A DNA stretch of 64,000 nt from Eledone cirrhosa. Lineage: Eukaryota. The translations under genes and the position numbers were made by a program. The stretch lies in the NCBI GenBank assembly GCA_964016885.1, contig OZ024740.1, forward strand, positions 65,782,001 through 65,846,000. The letters are read 5' to 3'. The notes beneath the pieces were generated by a model. That model had not been told where the DNA came from. It was given only the letters and a program-made list of their open reading frames with translations, and ran no database searches. This document shows, in pieces, positions 13,367 to 25,969 of the stretch (position 1 is its first letter; each line of letters opens with the position of its first letter).

Positions 13367-13367
<1 letters not shown>
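13177..13367 (+). mobile_element. Hairpin-plus-tail mini-element (family F1)
   Basis: Near-perfect hairpin with ~49-bp arms at 13177-13287, an 80-nt tail, and (TA)n flanks. Confidence 0.88.
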
Positions 13368-13403
<36 letters not shown>

Positions 13404-13405
<2 letters not shown>

Positions 13406-13590
13406 AACGAGTAGGACCCCGACGGCTGAGCTCAAGCTGTTTCGATGGCTAATTCTGGGAATTGGCCGTCGAAACGGCTTGAGCTCAGCCGTCGGGGTCC
13501 TACTCGTTCCTATTACCCACTCTACTACCCTAAGTATTGAGTGCTTTGGTGCGTTATGGTCCACCTGGTTCCTTACCACCTTTCTTTCGT
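13404..13590 (+). mobile_element. Hairpin-plus-tail mini-element (family F1)
   Basis: Adjacent copy separated only by (TA)n, with a different loop and a few substitutions. Confidence 0.88.
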
Positions 13591-13622
<32 letters not shown>

Positions 13623-14168
13623 AAGAGCTGTACAAAAAGGGTTTTAGTTACAGAATTAAGAATTGTTTCATTGATCAGGTGAGACTAGAGGCCGCTAACC
13701 ACTCGAAGTTGTGTCACTCGATCTTAAATACAGTGTGTGTCTTCGATCTTATCATCGGAATGCTGGAGGGTGTAACACATGGCATTGGTATTTATAGATA
13801 CATCGGAGAATCAAACAATAACATCAATAATAAAATATAATAAAAGATAATAATAAAGAAGTTATAAATATATACATGAGTGTTTTTTCTGATCTGACAT
13901 GGATGCCGTGTGTTTGATTGTGTTCAACATTATACCATATATATTATGAAACAATGATGAAGTTCAGTACACATGTTTTTGTTGAAAATCGATCTGTTAC
14001 GTACGCTTCCCGGCTGATTGGCTCTGCCTCCAATCATCTGTTAAACGTACATAACATTGCAATCCTCAATAAAAAAATCTATACACCCTGCCTCTTAATC
14101 AAATGCTAGTATTTGTACCACAGCCAGTAAGTAATTAATGTATATTAATGTATATTAATGTATACATA

Positions 14169-14256
14169 CATAGAGGTTGTCGCCAAAATGTATACATTCT
14201 TTAAACTTTAATCAGAGTATTGTGGAAGTGTGTATGCATTTTTGAGGACACCCTGT
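14169..14256. mobile_element. Tiny Tc1/mariner-type MITE remnant
   Basis: Imperfect ~30-bp TIRs: TAGAGGTTGTCGCCAAAATGTATACATTCTT vs the reverse complement of AAGTGTGTATGCATTTTTGAGGACACCCTGTA. TA flanks. Confidence 0.5.
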
Positions 14257-14374
14257 ATATATATAAGAAATATACATACATACACACACATACACTACAC
14301 ACACACTCCCATATAGATATATGTATGCATGTATATATATATGTATGTTTGTACGTATATATTTATATATTATG

Positions 14375-14446
<72 letters not shown>

Positions 14447-14447
<1 letters not shown>

Positions 14448-14632
14448 CAAAGAATTGTGGTAAGGAACCAAATGTACCATAACGCACCTGAGTACTCAAT
14501 ACTTAGGGTAGTAGAGTGGGAAATAGGTAAAAGTATGACCCCGACGCCAAAGGTCAAGCCGTTTCGACGGCTATTTCTGTCCAGAAATAGCCGTCGAAAC
14601 GGCTTGAACCCTGCCGTCGGGGTCATACGTTT

Positions 14633-14635
<3 letters not shown>
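14447..14635 (-). mobile_element. Hairpin-plus-tail mini-element (family F1)
   Basis: Hairpin about 14530-14635 centred on CTATTTCTG-TC-CAGAAATAG, with the F1 tail and (TA)n flanks. Confidence 0.85.
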
Positions 14636-14695
<60 letters not shown>

Positions 14696-14823
14696 TATAT
14701 ATTAGGTTTGGTGCTCTGAAATAGCGACGTATACATGCATTTATGTACGGTATATTTGGCAATATACTGTATATTTAATTTAAAACATTTAGAAGACCGT
14801 ACGCTATCATTTTTAAAGTAGTC

Positions 14824-14858
<35 letters not shown>

Positions 14859-14861
<3 letters not shown>

Positions 14862-16514
14862 TTAAGGATACTATTTATAGTTATGTATATACTAAAACTG
14901 TTTATAGATATATATTTTAAACCCTAAACAGTGAAAGTCAGTAATTTATTACTACTTTATTACCAGTAAGATAAATAGCTCAATGTAATAACATCAGTTG
15001 TTCTACAGAGCACTTATATAGAATTCACAAGAATCAAAGCTATGTTCAAAGCATTTATTCGCTTGCAATTGTTTCATCCAAACCGAGGCTTGGGTCTTCG
15101 GAGCATTTTTCAATGTTTGTACACATACATGACCTGCTTTCCAACGCAAGTGACATACAGATACATATGTATATATTGATGTACAGTGGGGTGACATATA
15201 TTATATTACTTCTGAATGGCAATTTAATTTCAAAATCAAAATCACATTAAAACAGAATCAAAGCAAAATTAAAATTAAAATACAACATCAATGCAAAAGT
15301 AAATCGGCAGTTTATATATGATAAAGAAGCATGTGTGCAGAAAAATAGTATAAATGAGAAGCAAAATAATGTTATGGTTTTTGTATACACCACCATTTTC
15401 ACATTCAGGAAACGTAATATATAGTTTATATGTCCTTCACATAATTAACGATGATTCCGTATTGGATGTTTGATGTATTAAGTTAAATTATTATAGCTTG
15501 TTGCGACTCAGTGTTCTTTAATCCAATTTTATAGAGCAGGTTGTTTCTGTTGCGAGAATTTACATCGTTTTATTATCCGGAAGTATGTGTGTGACTGTAA
15601 TTAAGGATCAGATACTTAAAATTGGAAATTATAGATAACCGTCTATATAAGGGACTCAATTGAGATACATTTTAATGTAAGTTGGAATAATAAATTTAGT
15701 TATAGAAATCAGCTAGTTACCTCCCCTTACGCATTAACTCCCCTTAATGACACACATACTTCCGGATAATAAAACGATGTAAATTCTCGCAACAGAAACA
15801 ACCTGCTCTATAAAATTGGATTAAAGAACACTGAGCCGCAACAAGCTATAATAATTTAACTTAATACATCAAACATCCAATACGGAATCATCGTTAATTA
15901 TGTGAAGGACATATAAACTATATATTACGTTTCATGAATGTGAAAATGGCGGTGTATACAAAAAGCATAACATTATTTTGCTTCTCATTTATACTATTTT
16001 TCTGGACACAAGCTTCTTTATCATATACACAAAATACCTTACCACTACAACCTCCATAATACTATTGATTACCCGCTTTAAAGTGCTTGTATTACATGTA
16101 ACACCCTGCCGCACAATGATCATATATAAATAAGACACACGCGCATGCCCCACGTGTAACTAATGCATACAATAACTACTACAGCTGACTAACAAACTAT
16201 CCTCTTGCATTATCTACGTTAACTGCCGATTTAATTTTGCATTGATGTTGTATTTTAATTTTAATTTTGCTTTGATTCTTTTTCAATGTGATTTTGATGT
16301 TGAATTTACATTGCCATTCAGAAGTAATATAATATATGTCACCACACTGTACATCAAAATATACCTATGTATCTGTATGCCTCTCGCGTTGGAAAGGAGG
16401 TCATGTATGTGTACAAACATTGAAAAATGCTCCGAAGACCCAAGCCTCTTTTTTGGATGAAACAATTGTAAGCGAATAAAAGCTTTGAACATAGCTTTGA
16501 TTCCTGTGAATTCT
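14859..16514. mobile_element. Fold-back PLE-type element with HHR in both arms
   Basis: Inverted arms about 15016-15594 vs 15749-16514; the right arm has an extra ~195 bp at 16027-16221. Tail on the left side, (TA)n flanks. Confidence 0.8.
16429..16473 (+). ncRNA. Minimal type I hammerhead (CCGAAGA core; mirror about 15061-15104)
   Basis: GCU-CCGAAGA-C-CCAA...UUGG-AU-GAAA-CAAUUG-UA/AGC. Confidence 0.6.
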
Positions 16515-16550
16515 ATATATATATATATGTATATATATGTAAATTTATAT

Positions 16551-16628
<78 letters not shown>

Positions 16629-16664
16629 ATATATACATTCATACATACCATACACACACACACG

Positions 16665-16708
<44 letters not shown>

Positions 16709-16800
16709 AATAATGGCTGCCCCCTCGTTATCGAGAATGGCCATTGCTCGATAAAAATATAAAATAATAATAACGACAATAATAATAACAACAATAATAA

Positions 16801-19800
16801 ATTTGCTGGACAGGCTCGTGTAATAAGAGCTAATGGGTGGATACGCAAGTTGGAACTGGAGGAACTGAGCAGAGAGAATAAGTTGGAAATGAAGAGTGGA
16901 GTATATTAGGCAAATGACCCAGTGGGAAATGAAGGTGAAGAGGTTGAGAGACCTGAGGAAGCAACCGATGCAGACAATGATCTGAATGCTGAAATAAATA
17001 ACATGTGGAACAAAAATACGGCCATTGAAGAAATGAATGCTGACGGGCTAGGTCAAGATTTGGTTGATATCCTGAACTTAGTGGTAGATGAAATGAACAA
17101 TGAAGACAGGAAACAGTTAAAAGAAATAACAGCTAATTAAACAAGGTCATCCCATACCTTGAGGCGAGGAAACTTCACCAATGAAACAATATCCTCAAAG
17201 CAACCGCAAATGTGGTGCAGATATAACTAGGTATAAAAACGAGAGGAAACAACAAACAAGAAAGATCAGAACATTGGTGGAAGAAACGACTGAATGGTCA
17301 AATGAAGGAAATGAGAAAGGACTTTGCAAAGCTTGAGTCTTTATTGAATGGGGCACTACAAAACAGAGACAGTAAAAATAGATTGAAAATATAATACAAA
17401 ACTAGGGGGAAAGAATTAAAGGTTATCATAGAGGAACTGAAGTGACGCATTGTAGCAAAAAGTGCAATGATTAGGCGGTATGAGAAAAGAGTTAGCCAGG
17501 ATAGACAGAACCGCATGTTGGACAACAACCAGTAGTTGTTATTTGAACAGCCTGAAGGGAAAGAAAGAGGCAACGACGTGATCCCTGGTGCGGAACAGAT
17601 TAATACATTCTGGAGAGGAATATGGGAGCAGGATGTTGAACATAATGGTCAGGCAGTGTGGATTGAGACAGTACAAAAGGAGATTAGTGAACAAGCCCAC
17701 CAATAACCTGATTTGAGTATCACTGTTGAAGCTCTTAAAGGGCAAACCAAAAAACTAACCAACTGGAAATCACCAGGCCCATATGGTGTGCAGGGGTATT
17801 GGATTAAAAATATAACATCCCTCCACCCGAAACTGATAACCATGTTCAATGACTGCTTGATGTCAGGTGAGGTACCAGAGTGGTTGACAAAAAGGTACCA
17901 CAGTTCTGGTAATGAAAGACCGAATCAGGGGTAATGATGTTACCAACTATAGACCTATCACATGTCTATCCGTAATGTGAAAACTGTTAACAAGCATTGT
18001 GTCTGAGGAAATCTACTACCACCTCCTCATAAACAACTTGTTACCAGATGAATAGAAAGGATGCCGAAAGTAGTCCCGTGGTACAAAAGACCAGTTACTT
18101 ATTGATAAGATGGTAATGAGGAATTGCAAGAAGAGGCACACTGGTCTTGCCATGGGATGGATAGATTACAAAAAGCCATTCGACATGGTACCTCATTCTT
18201 GGATAACCAGAAGGTGGCAGATAACATCAGACAGTTGTTGAGAAATATATGAAGTCCTGGAAAACAGAGTTAACATCGGGTGGAGAATCCTTGGGAAGCG
18301 TGAAGATGAAGAGAAGTATCTTCCAGGGAGATAGTTTGTCCCCTTTATAGTCTGTCCTTGGCCAGATACCCCTGTACGTCATATAGCGAAAAGTGTGAGA
18401 GGGATACTAGTTGGGAAGAGGAAAACTTACCATCAACCACCTCCTCTTCATGGACGATCGTAAACTCTTTGGGAAGTGTGAGAAGGAGTTGGATGTACTA
18501 GTCGACACTGTCCGTATTTTCAGCAATGATATATTGTTGGAATTTGGTGTTAATAAATGTGGAGTCATTGTGATGACGAAGGGTAAATTGAGCAGAAGCA
18601 ACGGAATCCAGGTAACAACAGGTGAGATAATAAAGGAAATTGACACTGATGAGGTATACAAATATTTGGATGTTCTGGAGGCAGTTGACATCAAGAATAA
18701 AAAATGGAGGAATTGAGAAGATCTGAATACATAAGGATAGTAAGGAACATATTAAAATCACATCTAAATAGTAGGAAAGTCATAAGTGCAGTAAATTCAC
18801 GAGCTGTGTCTATTATTAGGTACTGTGCGGGTATTCTCTGAAATGGAATATTGCTGAACAAAAATAAATGGATAGGAAGACTAGGAAGCTAATGGCTATC
18901 TACAACATGTTCCACAAGAGGAGTCATGTTGATAGACTCTACTTAAAGAGATCTGAAGGTAGAAGAGGTCTTATCAGCATAGAGGAATGTGTTCAGATGG
19001 AGTAAAACAGCCTTCACAAATATGTGGCTGACAGTAGGGAGCCAATGCTCAAAATTGTATTGGAGGAGAAGACAATAGACCAGGGCATGTCTCTTTAAGA
19101 AAAGGGAATTTAGAGATCCACAGACATGGAACTGGGTAAAAAGAGGAGACCTTACAAAAACAACAGAAGGAATGCTGATGGCTGCGCAAGAGCATGCCCT
19201 CACAACTAAGTTGGTGAAACACCATATTGACAAGAAAGAGACTAGCTCACTGTGTAGGATATGTGTATACGAGTGTAAACACCTAGCCTAGACTCACTAT
19301 AAAGGCTGGATACATGATGTGATAGGCAGGGTGATCCATAGCATCTATGCAAAGTAAACAATTTACCACATTCTGCAAGTGGTATGATCATAAGCCAGAG
19401 TCGGTTATAGAAAACTATCAGGTGAAGGTGCTATGGGATGTTAGGATACAGACGGACAAGAAACTGGAACACCTGGTGTTTTCGACAAGGAAAAAACATC
19501 GTGCCTGATTGTAGATGTAGCCTGTCCATTTGACACGAGAGTGCAAGAAAAGGAAGGGGTGAAAATGAACCGATACCAGGATTTGGAACTGCTATGAAAT
19601 CAATGTCGTCCTGATTGTAATAGGCGCACTAGGTAGTATTTCAAAGAGTTTCCAAAGATGGTTAAAGAAGATTAGTCCAGCCCCGCTTTTTGGAACACTC
19701 CAAAGGGCATGCTTGCTGGGAACAGCAATAACCCTCCGATACGTCCTGAATGTCTGAGGCTGCAGGTAGTCCCTTGATATTCCTTTCAACAAACCTTCCA

Positions 19801-19835
19801 GTTAAATAACATCAATGACTGAGACTCAAAGTACA
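16801..19835 (+). mobile_element. Decayed R4/Dong-clade non-LTR retrotransposon (RT + restriction-like endonuclease)
   Basis: Motifs in order: [97 protein letters not shown]. The 5' flank is a degenerate (TAA)n, the known Dong/R4 target. Confidence 0.88.
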
Positions 19836-19889
19836 ATAATATATATATATACATATATACACACACACATACCCGCATGTACACGCGCG

Positions 19890-19950
<61 letters not shown>

Positions 19951-19989
19951 GATAACAATTAACAGTGCTGCGATCGAATGTGGCATTTT

Positions 19990-22690
19990 AGCCCAGCCAA
20001 TGATCTCAAATGTCTTTCACAGATTTGGCAAGCAAAACGTTCACTTGCAGTAGCCAGCTGTGGTTGGAGTTCATGTACTTTTGCATGCTGCTTGAGCCCT
20101 CCTGCTGATTTACATTCCTACCACATGCTGAGCAGGCATCATGAGTAGCATCTCCAACAGCAGCCTGGTAGTGAACCACTTTATGACTGCGAAGGTGACT
20201 TTCGAGTCCAGCCTTGCTGAAGCAGAATCGCGCACAGACGCTGCATGTTAGCGCCATAGAAAGGCCTTCGCTCTCTGGAAATGCAACAGTAATGCCCTTC
20301 CACACATCCCGCTTTACAATGCCGTATGCGATTCGAGATGCCTCAAAGGCAACTTCCCCTCATATACAGTCTTTCTCCATTTATTACGATCGGCAGCAAC
20401 ATTTTCCCATGTATCAGTAGAGATGTTAGTATCTTTCAAAGAGGCTTTCAACGAATCCTTATACCTCTTTTGAGGTTTATGTGGAGGTCGTTTTCCTTTA
20501 ACTAACTCTCCTCAAAAGAGTTATTTTGGTATTCTAGAATCCTTCGTCCTGGGAAGGTGACCACTCCAGCGGAGCTTTTCCTTACGCACAAGAGCTTCTA
20601 TACTGTCACACAGAGAGATTTCCAAAATCTCGAAACCACTGATGTGGTCCCTCCAGTGAACGCCATGGATTCGTCTGAGACACATCTGATGGAAATGGAA
20701 ACCCTCCAATTGTTTAAGGTGGTATTGATATTTGACCCAGATGTTGCAGGCATAAAGAAGAGAAGATAGCACACATGCCTTGTACACCTTTACCTTTGTC
20801 TTCTTGCATATGTCTCGTCGACCCCAGAGTCGCCTTTCTAGCTTTCCGAAAGCATCACTTGCTTTCCTAATCCTGGGTGGAATTTCATTATCAAGGTTGC
20901 TGTATCGATTGACAGTGCTTCCTAGGTAGATAAACTGATCAACCACTCCCAAGTCGTTTACCATACTCATAGATATTTGGCTCACTGTACTGCTTACCAG
21001 GGGCAGGTTGGTACATGACGACGGTTTTCTTGAGACTGACAGTCAATCCTAGAGCAGTGCAAGCATCAGAAAATGCATTGAAAATGTGCTGCATAACACT
21101 CTCTGTGTGCGCTACAAGATCGCAATCATCTGCATACAGGAGGTCTCTTATGATTGATGTAAATACTTTTGTTTTTGCAGCAAAGCGCCTGATGTTAAAT
21201 ATGCTGCCTGAGGTTCGATATTGGATGTAAACACCATGCTCGCAATTCCTGAATGCAATATAGAAAATCATTTCAAACTGTGTGGCAAACAAGGTCGGTG
21301 CTGGAATATCCCCCTGTTTCACTCCATCTTTTACTGTGATAGGCTCCGTCATGTTACCTCTGACATTAACCCAAGCCTTCATGTCGTCATGGAAAGACCT
21401 AACCAAAGCAAGGAACTTATCAGGGCTACCGAGTTTCTGGAGAACCTTCCACAATGCATTTATGTTAACAGTATCGAAAGCTTTTGTCAAATCGACAAAA
21501 ACCTTATACAGATCCATACCTTCTTTCATGCACTTCTCCTGGACCTGTCTAGCTGAGAATATCATATCAGTAGTACCGCGTCAACACGAAAACCAGATTG
21601 ACTTTCAGGAAGAACACAATCTGCAATCTGCAATCTGCGAAGCGGTGTCACCAGAGAAGAAGACGGTCCATAAACTTCACACAAAAGTCTCCACAACAGT
21701 TTTGTGTTATTGGAATTTGATGCAGCTTCTATCTCATCAGCCTGCTCACTCCAGCACTTATCCTTCATCTGAGAAAGATTCCGCCTAACACGTGATTTCA
21801 CATCCTTGAGTACCGTATGCAACATATTCTTCTCCTGTGGTTTTGCTGTCATGTAGCGTGACAGAGCAGGCCTCATATCAGCCAACAAGTCTTCTATATG
21901 TTCTTCATTCTCATTAAACCAGTTTTGATGTTTTCTCCGAACCAATCCAAGAACATGCCTGCCTACATCATGAATCGAATTGTTAAGGGTCGGCAAATCC
22001 TCACCAAGATCTGCAACATGCATCTCTTCTTGCAATGTCCTCTTCACATGGTTATCGTTAAGACGAGCATCATTCAATCTTATGGGCAGGGTAACACCAG
22101 GAGCCCAGAGTTTACGTTTAGTGATTAGTTTCACTTTTGCGCGTACCTGGCGGTGGTACGTCCAGCACTCAGCTCCGCGAAGAAAACGAACACACTGCAC
22201 ATCCCGTCTGTCACTCATCCTGACAAGGACGTAGTCCAACAGATGCCATTCCTTAGGTGTAGGATGCATCCATGTGGTCTTAAATTTGTTCTTTTGCTGG
22301 AAAATGGTGTTGGTAACATACAGATTCAGCTCCTCACACATCTGCAGCAGGAGCATACCATTCTTGTTACACTTTCCCACCCCATGTCTGCGGGATATTT
22401 CTTAAAACACCTTTCAAGGCATGATAAAAACCCACATGTTTTCTTCATCGACAGAATTCATAGTTAGAGCATTCACACTCACCAGGGTCGCATATCTTCC
22501 TTTGTCCAGCGGAATTCTCATGGACATAAGACGCTCACTAATCCTCACTGGGAATTCTTCTAGTTTATCCACAAGAGCAGTCTTAACAGCAAATGCTACC
22601 CCATTCTCTCTTCTGGTCCCTCCATCTCTTCCTTTCCAGAAGAATGTATATTCTCCACAAAATTCTGTAATACTGAACAGTAATACGAAC
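19990..22690 (-). mobile_element. Decayed RTE-clade LINE (APE endonuclease + RT + C-terminal C2H2), internally deleted
   Basis: YTFFWKG..GVAFAV, TWMHP..WHLLDYVLV, LPESQSGFR, FVDLTKAFDTV, GVKQG, LLYADD, LRWSGH..R...RIPK, CSVC...GLESHLRSH. Deletion near 21640. Confidence 0.92.
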
Positions 22691-22932
22691 GGCTTCAATT
22701 ACACGAACTCTTTCGAAAGTCAACAGTTGACATAATCTTGTATCAGTAATGACGGTAATATGTATTATTAGATATATCTCATTTGAAATAATACAGCCAA
22801 TTTTCCACGCAATACTTTGAGTTAGCACCCCGAACACATAATTGGGAATATAATCACTTATTTCCTAATGTTTGTTGAGTGAGTTGGAATTTGGCCGGAG
22901 TATCGCTAAAAAGCTTTCTCCGATATTGTGTT

Positions 22933-23040
<108 letters not shown>

Positions 23041-24964
23041 ATATACAAGTTTAAACAATATATAAAAAAGAGGATATATAAATTGAGAAAAAAACTTCTA
23101 TTATTTAGTAGATATATGCGGAGAGCAATAATTACGTAAGTAAATATATTTACCTAGAATTGGTATCATAGACTATAATTCCTTATACAGATATGATTCA
23201 TGAAACCTCAAGAAAAGGCGCAAACCATCCATTGTAATGGTGTCAACCACCAATTATTGCTTTTGGTTATGCTTCTTAACACCAAGGTTTTATTCAACAG
23301 TAGGGTCAGTTCTTCTAAATATTTCTCACACTGCACAAACTTACTAGTTCCCTCTCCAAGAAGTAGATTTGAAATGCTCTCCACACTGTATTAAAATAAC
23401 GTTGAACAGAAGGGTAGCTATTACAGGACAGGCCGTAAGAAATGCTGAAAATAGCTCCCATCAAATATTCATGGAGTTTTTTTTTACTGAGAAATATAAT
23501 CGATATATATTTTGATTGTATCAATTAAACCTAAATATAGTATATAGTTTATATATTCATATAAATAGTATATATATATGTATATAGTATATATAGTATA
23601 TATATACATTTATTTTGGCTGAGTAGTGAGTATTGTTATTCCTGATTTCCACTTTCGTTCTCGTAGGTCATTACACAAAACTAAATATTCTAAAGCTGGG
23701 AGAATGCAAGTTAGTGAACATTTGGAAAGTGAGGTGAGAAGGATGAAAGTGATCCTGAGAAAAAAGGGAGAGTTGCTTGAGAAAAATGAATTATTAAGAT
23801 GTAAAGAGAATATGGGTATTTTGATCAATGAAAGTAAAACAAAAGTCAGATGTCGGTTGGTAATTCTACTTCATTGTTTTACGATCGTTTTAGCGGGCTG
23901 ATTGATAACGGTAATCGATTGATTCAACACCAGATAGTGGCTACGTCACCACCGAATTTTAGTGGCCGATTTTAATCATTAAAGACTCCGTCAAACAATG
24001 AAATTAGATTTTTTTTTATTACACTTTATATAAGGAGTCAGGAAAAGAAAACTCTGTTCAGCGTGGCTAGGTTTGGGGAGAGGAAAGAAGATTGATGGTG
24101 TTTGTGTAGAGGAAAATGGACCTATTAACAAGATAGTAAGTTTTACTTTATTGTTCTACGGTCAAATGCGATAGAAATTACTTCATCAAATTTAGTAGGT
24201 TGTTGACAAATGGTAGTTAGTGAAGCGTATGCAGTTTAAGTAATCTAGACAGACACACATATACACTCATATATTTAGGCGCTGACGCACTGGTACAGCG
24301 AGTAGAGTCTATAGTAGACAAGAGTGTGTACACCCACAGACTCACACTTGTCGTACAGATACATATAGATTTTCACATATATATGGGCATAACCACACAT
24401 ACACGCATCTACACATACGCATGCATAGAGACAAGTATGTGGATGGATGTATATATGCGTGTACATTAGTGCATATATATGTGTAGGCCTATTTGCTTGT
24501 GCGAAAAGACACTCACTCACCAGATTATATATCTGTCAGAAATTGTGTATGTGCATGTATCTGTTTTCACGATTATATTCATGCACATATGCGTATGTAT
24601 GTGCTTACATACGCATATATATGTTGGCGTGAACATGTGTGTCAGCGTGTACTTGTATGCATATATTTAAGTAGAAATAAAGGGAAATAACTCTGTGCTC
24701 CTTTTGACCTATTAAGTACATTGATTTTATTAAAACAAAAGAGATTGAAAAAATGATGATAATAATACCACTTTTACCATTAGAAGGGTATAGCGCGCTT
24801 CATCGGACACTGGATTAATTCCTTTTATTTTCCTCAGAAGAAGAGATATTAATCTCGAAATATCAGGACAAGTGAATAAATTAGGGTAAAAAAGCATAGC
24901 ATCTTATTTGATCCAACTTGTTTATCCGTCCATTTCGCATTGTCGTAGCTCTCAAACTTCGAAT

Positions 24965-25044
<80 letters not shown>

Positions 25045-25047
<3 letters not shown>

Positions 25048-25269
25048 ATAATAATAAATGTGAAGACTAAAATACAAAGAGGGCTCGATAAGGATAAATA
25101 AATATCAAATATATAAGAAGCATACAGCAAATATTTATTAATATAACAGATTAAATTTTAAGCAAAGTGAACGCAGTTTAAATATTTCGAAAAACGATGC
25201 AACCGAAACATTTTTCGAAATATTTATTTGTGCCTTCACTTTGCTTAACATTTAATCTGTTATTTTAAT
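25045..25269 (-). mobile_element. Hairpin-plus-tail mini-element (family F2)
   Basis: Imperfect hairpin with ~60-bp arms at 25137-25269 plus a 90-nt tail, between (TA)n tracts. Same termini as the PLE at 25970-29201. Confidence 0.78.
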
Positions 25270-25503
25270 ATATATATATATATGATCTATTATATTGTCG
25301 GATACATAGACGTGTCTCTATACGCATACACATGCATGCATAGACGAGTGAATACATACACACACGCGCGCGCTCGCGCGCTCGTTCCTACGTTTATTTA
25401 AAGAAGCGTTCGAAAAGCACATCAAGTATGAATATATAACCACTACGTCTGTATGTGTATATGACAGTAACTATATTCCCACAATGTATATTTAGGAAGG
25501 AAC

Positions 25504-25660
<157 letters not shown>

Positions 25661-25834
25661 GGTAGAACACTGGTAGAAGTGGTAACACAACAGTTACATC
25701 ACAATAGCGAGAACAATCACCAGTACGAGCTGATGATCCGCTAAGATGAAACAATTGTTCTTGGTATGGTGAACTAACTATATTTTTTTTTCTTCCTAAT
25801 AATCGTCTCTTTCTCCCTGTTTTCATATATATAT

Positions 25835-25919
<85 letters not shown>

Positions 25920-25969
25920 AGCCATCGCCGTATTTTGACTAAAGAAATTAAAGAAATTATATATATATA

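Noticed and set aside
13177-14635. Repeated palindromic units as a CRISPR array or miRNA cluster
   Set aside because: There are no unique spacers or cas genes and the context is eukaryotic. The units are TE-derived with shared tails and TA flanks.
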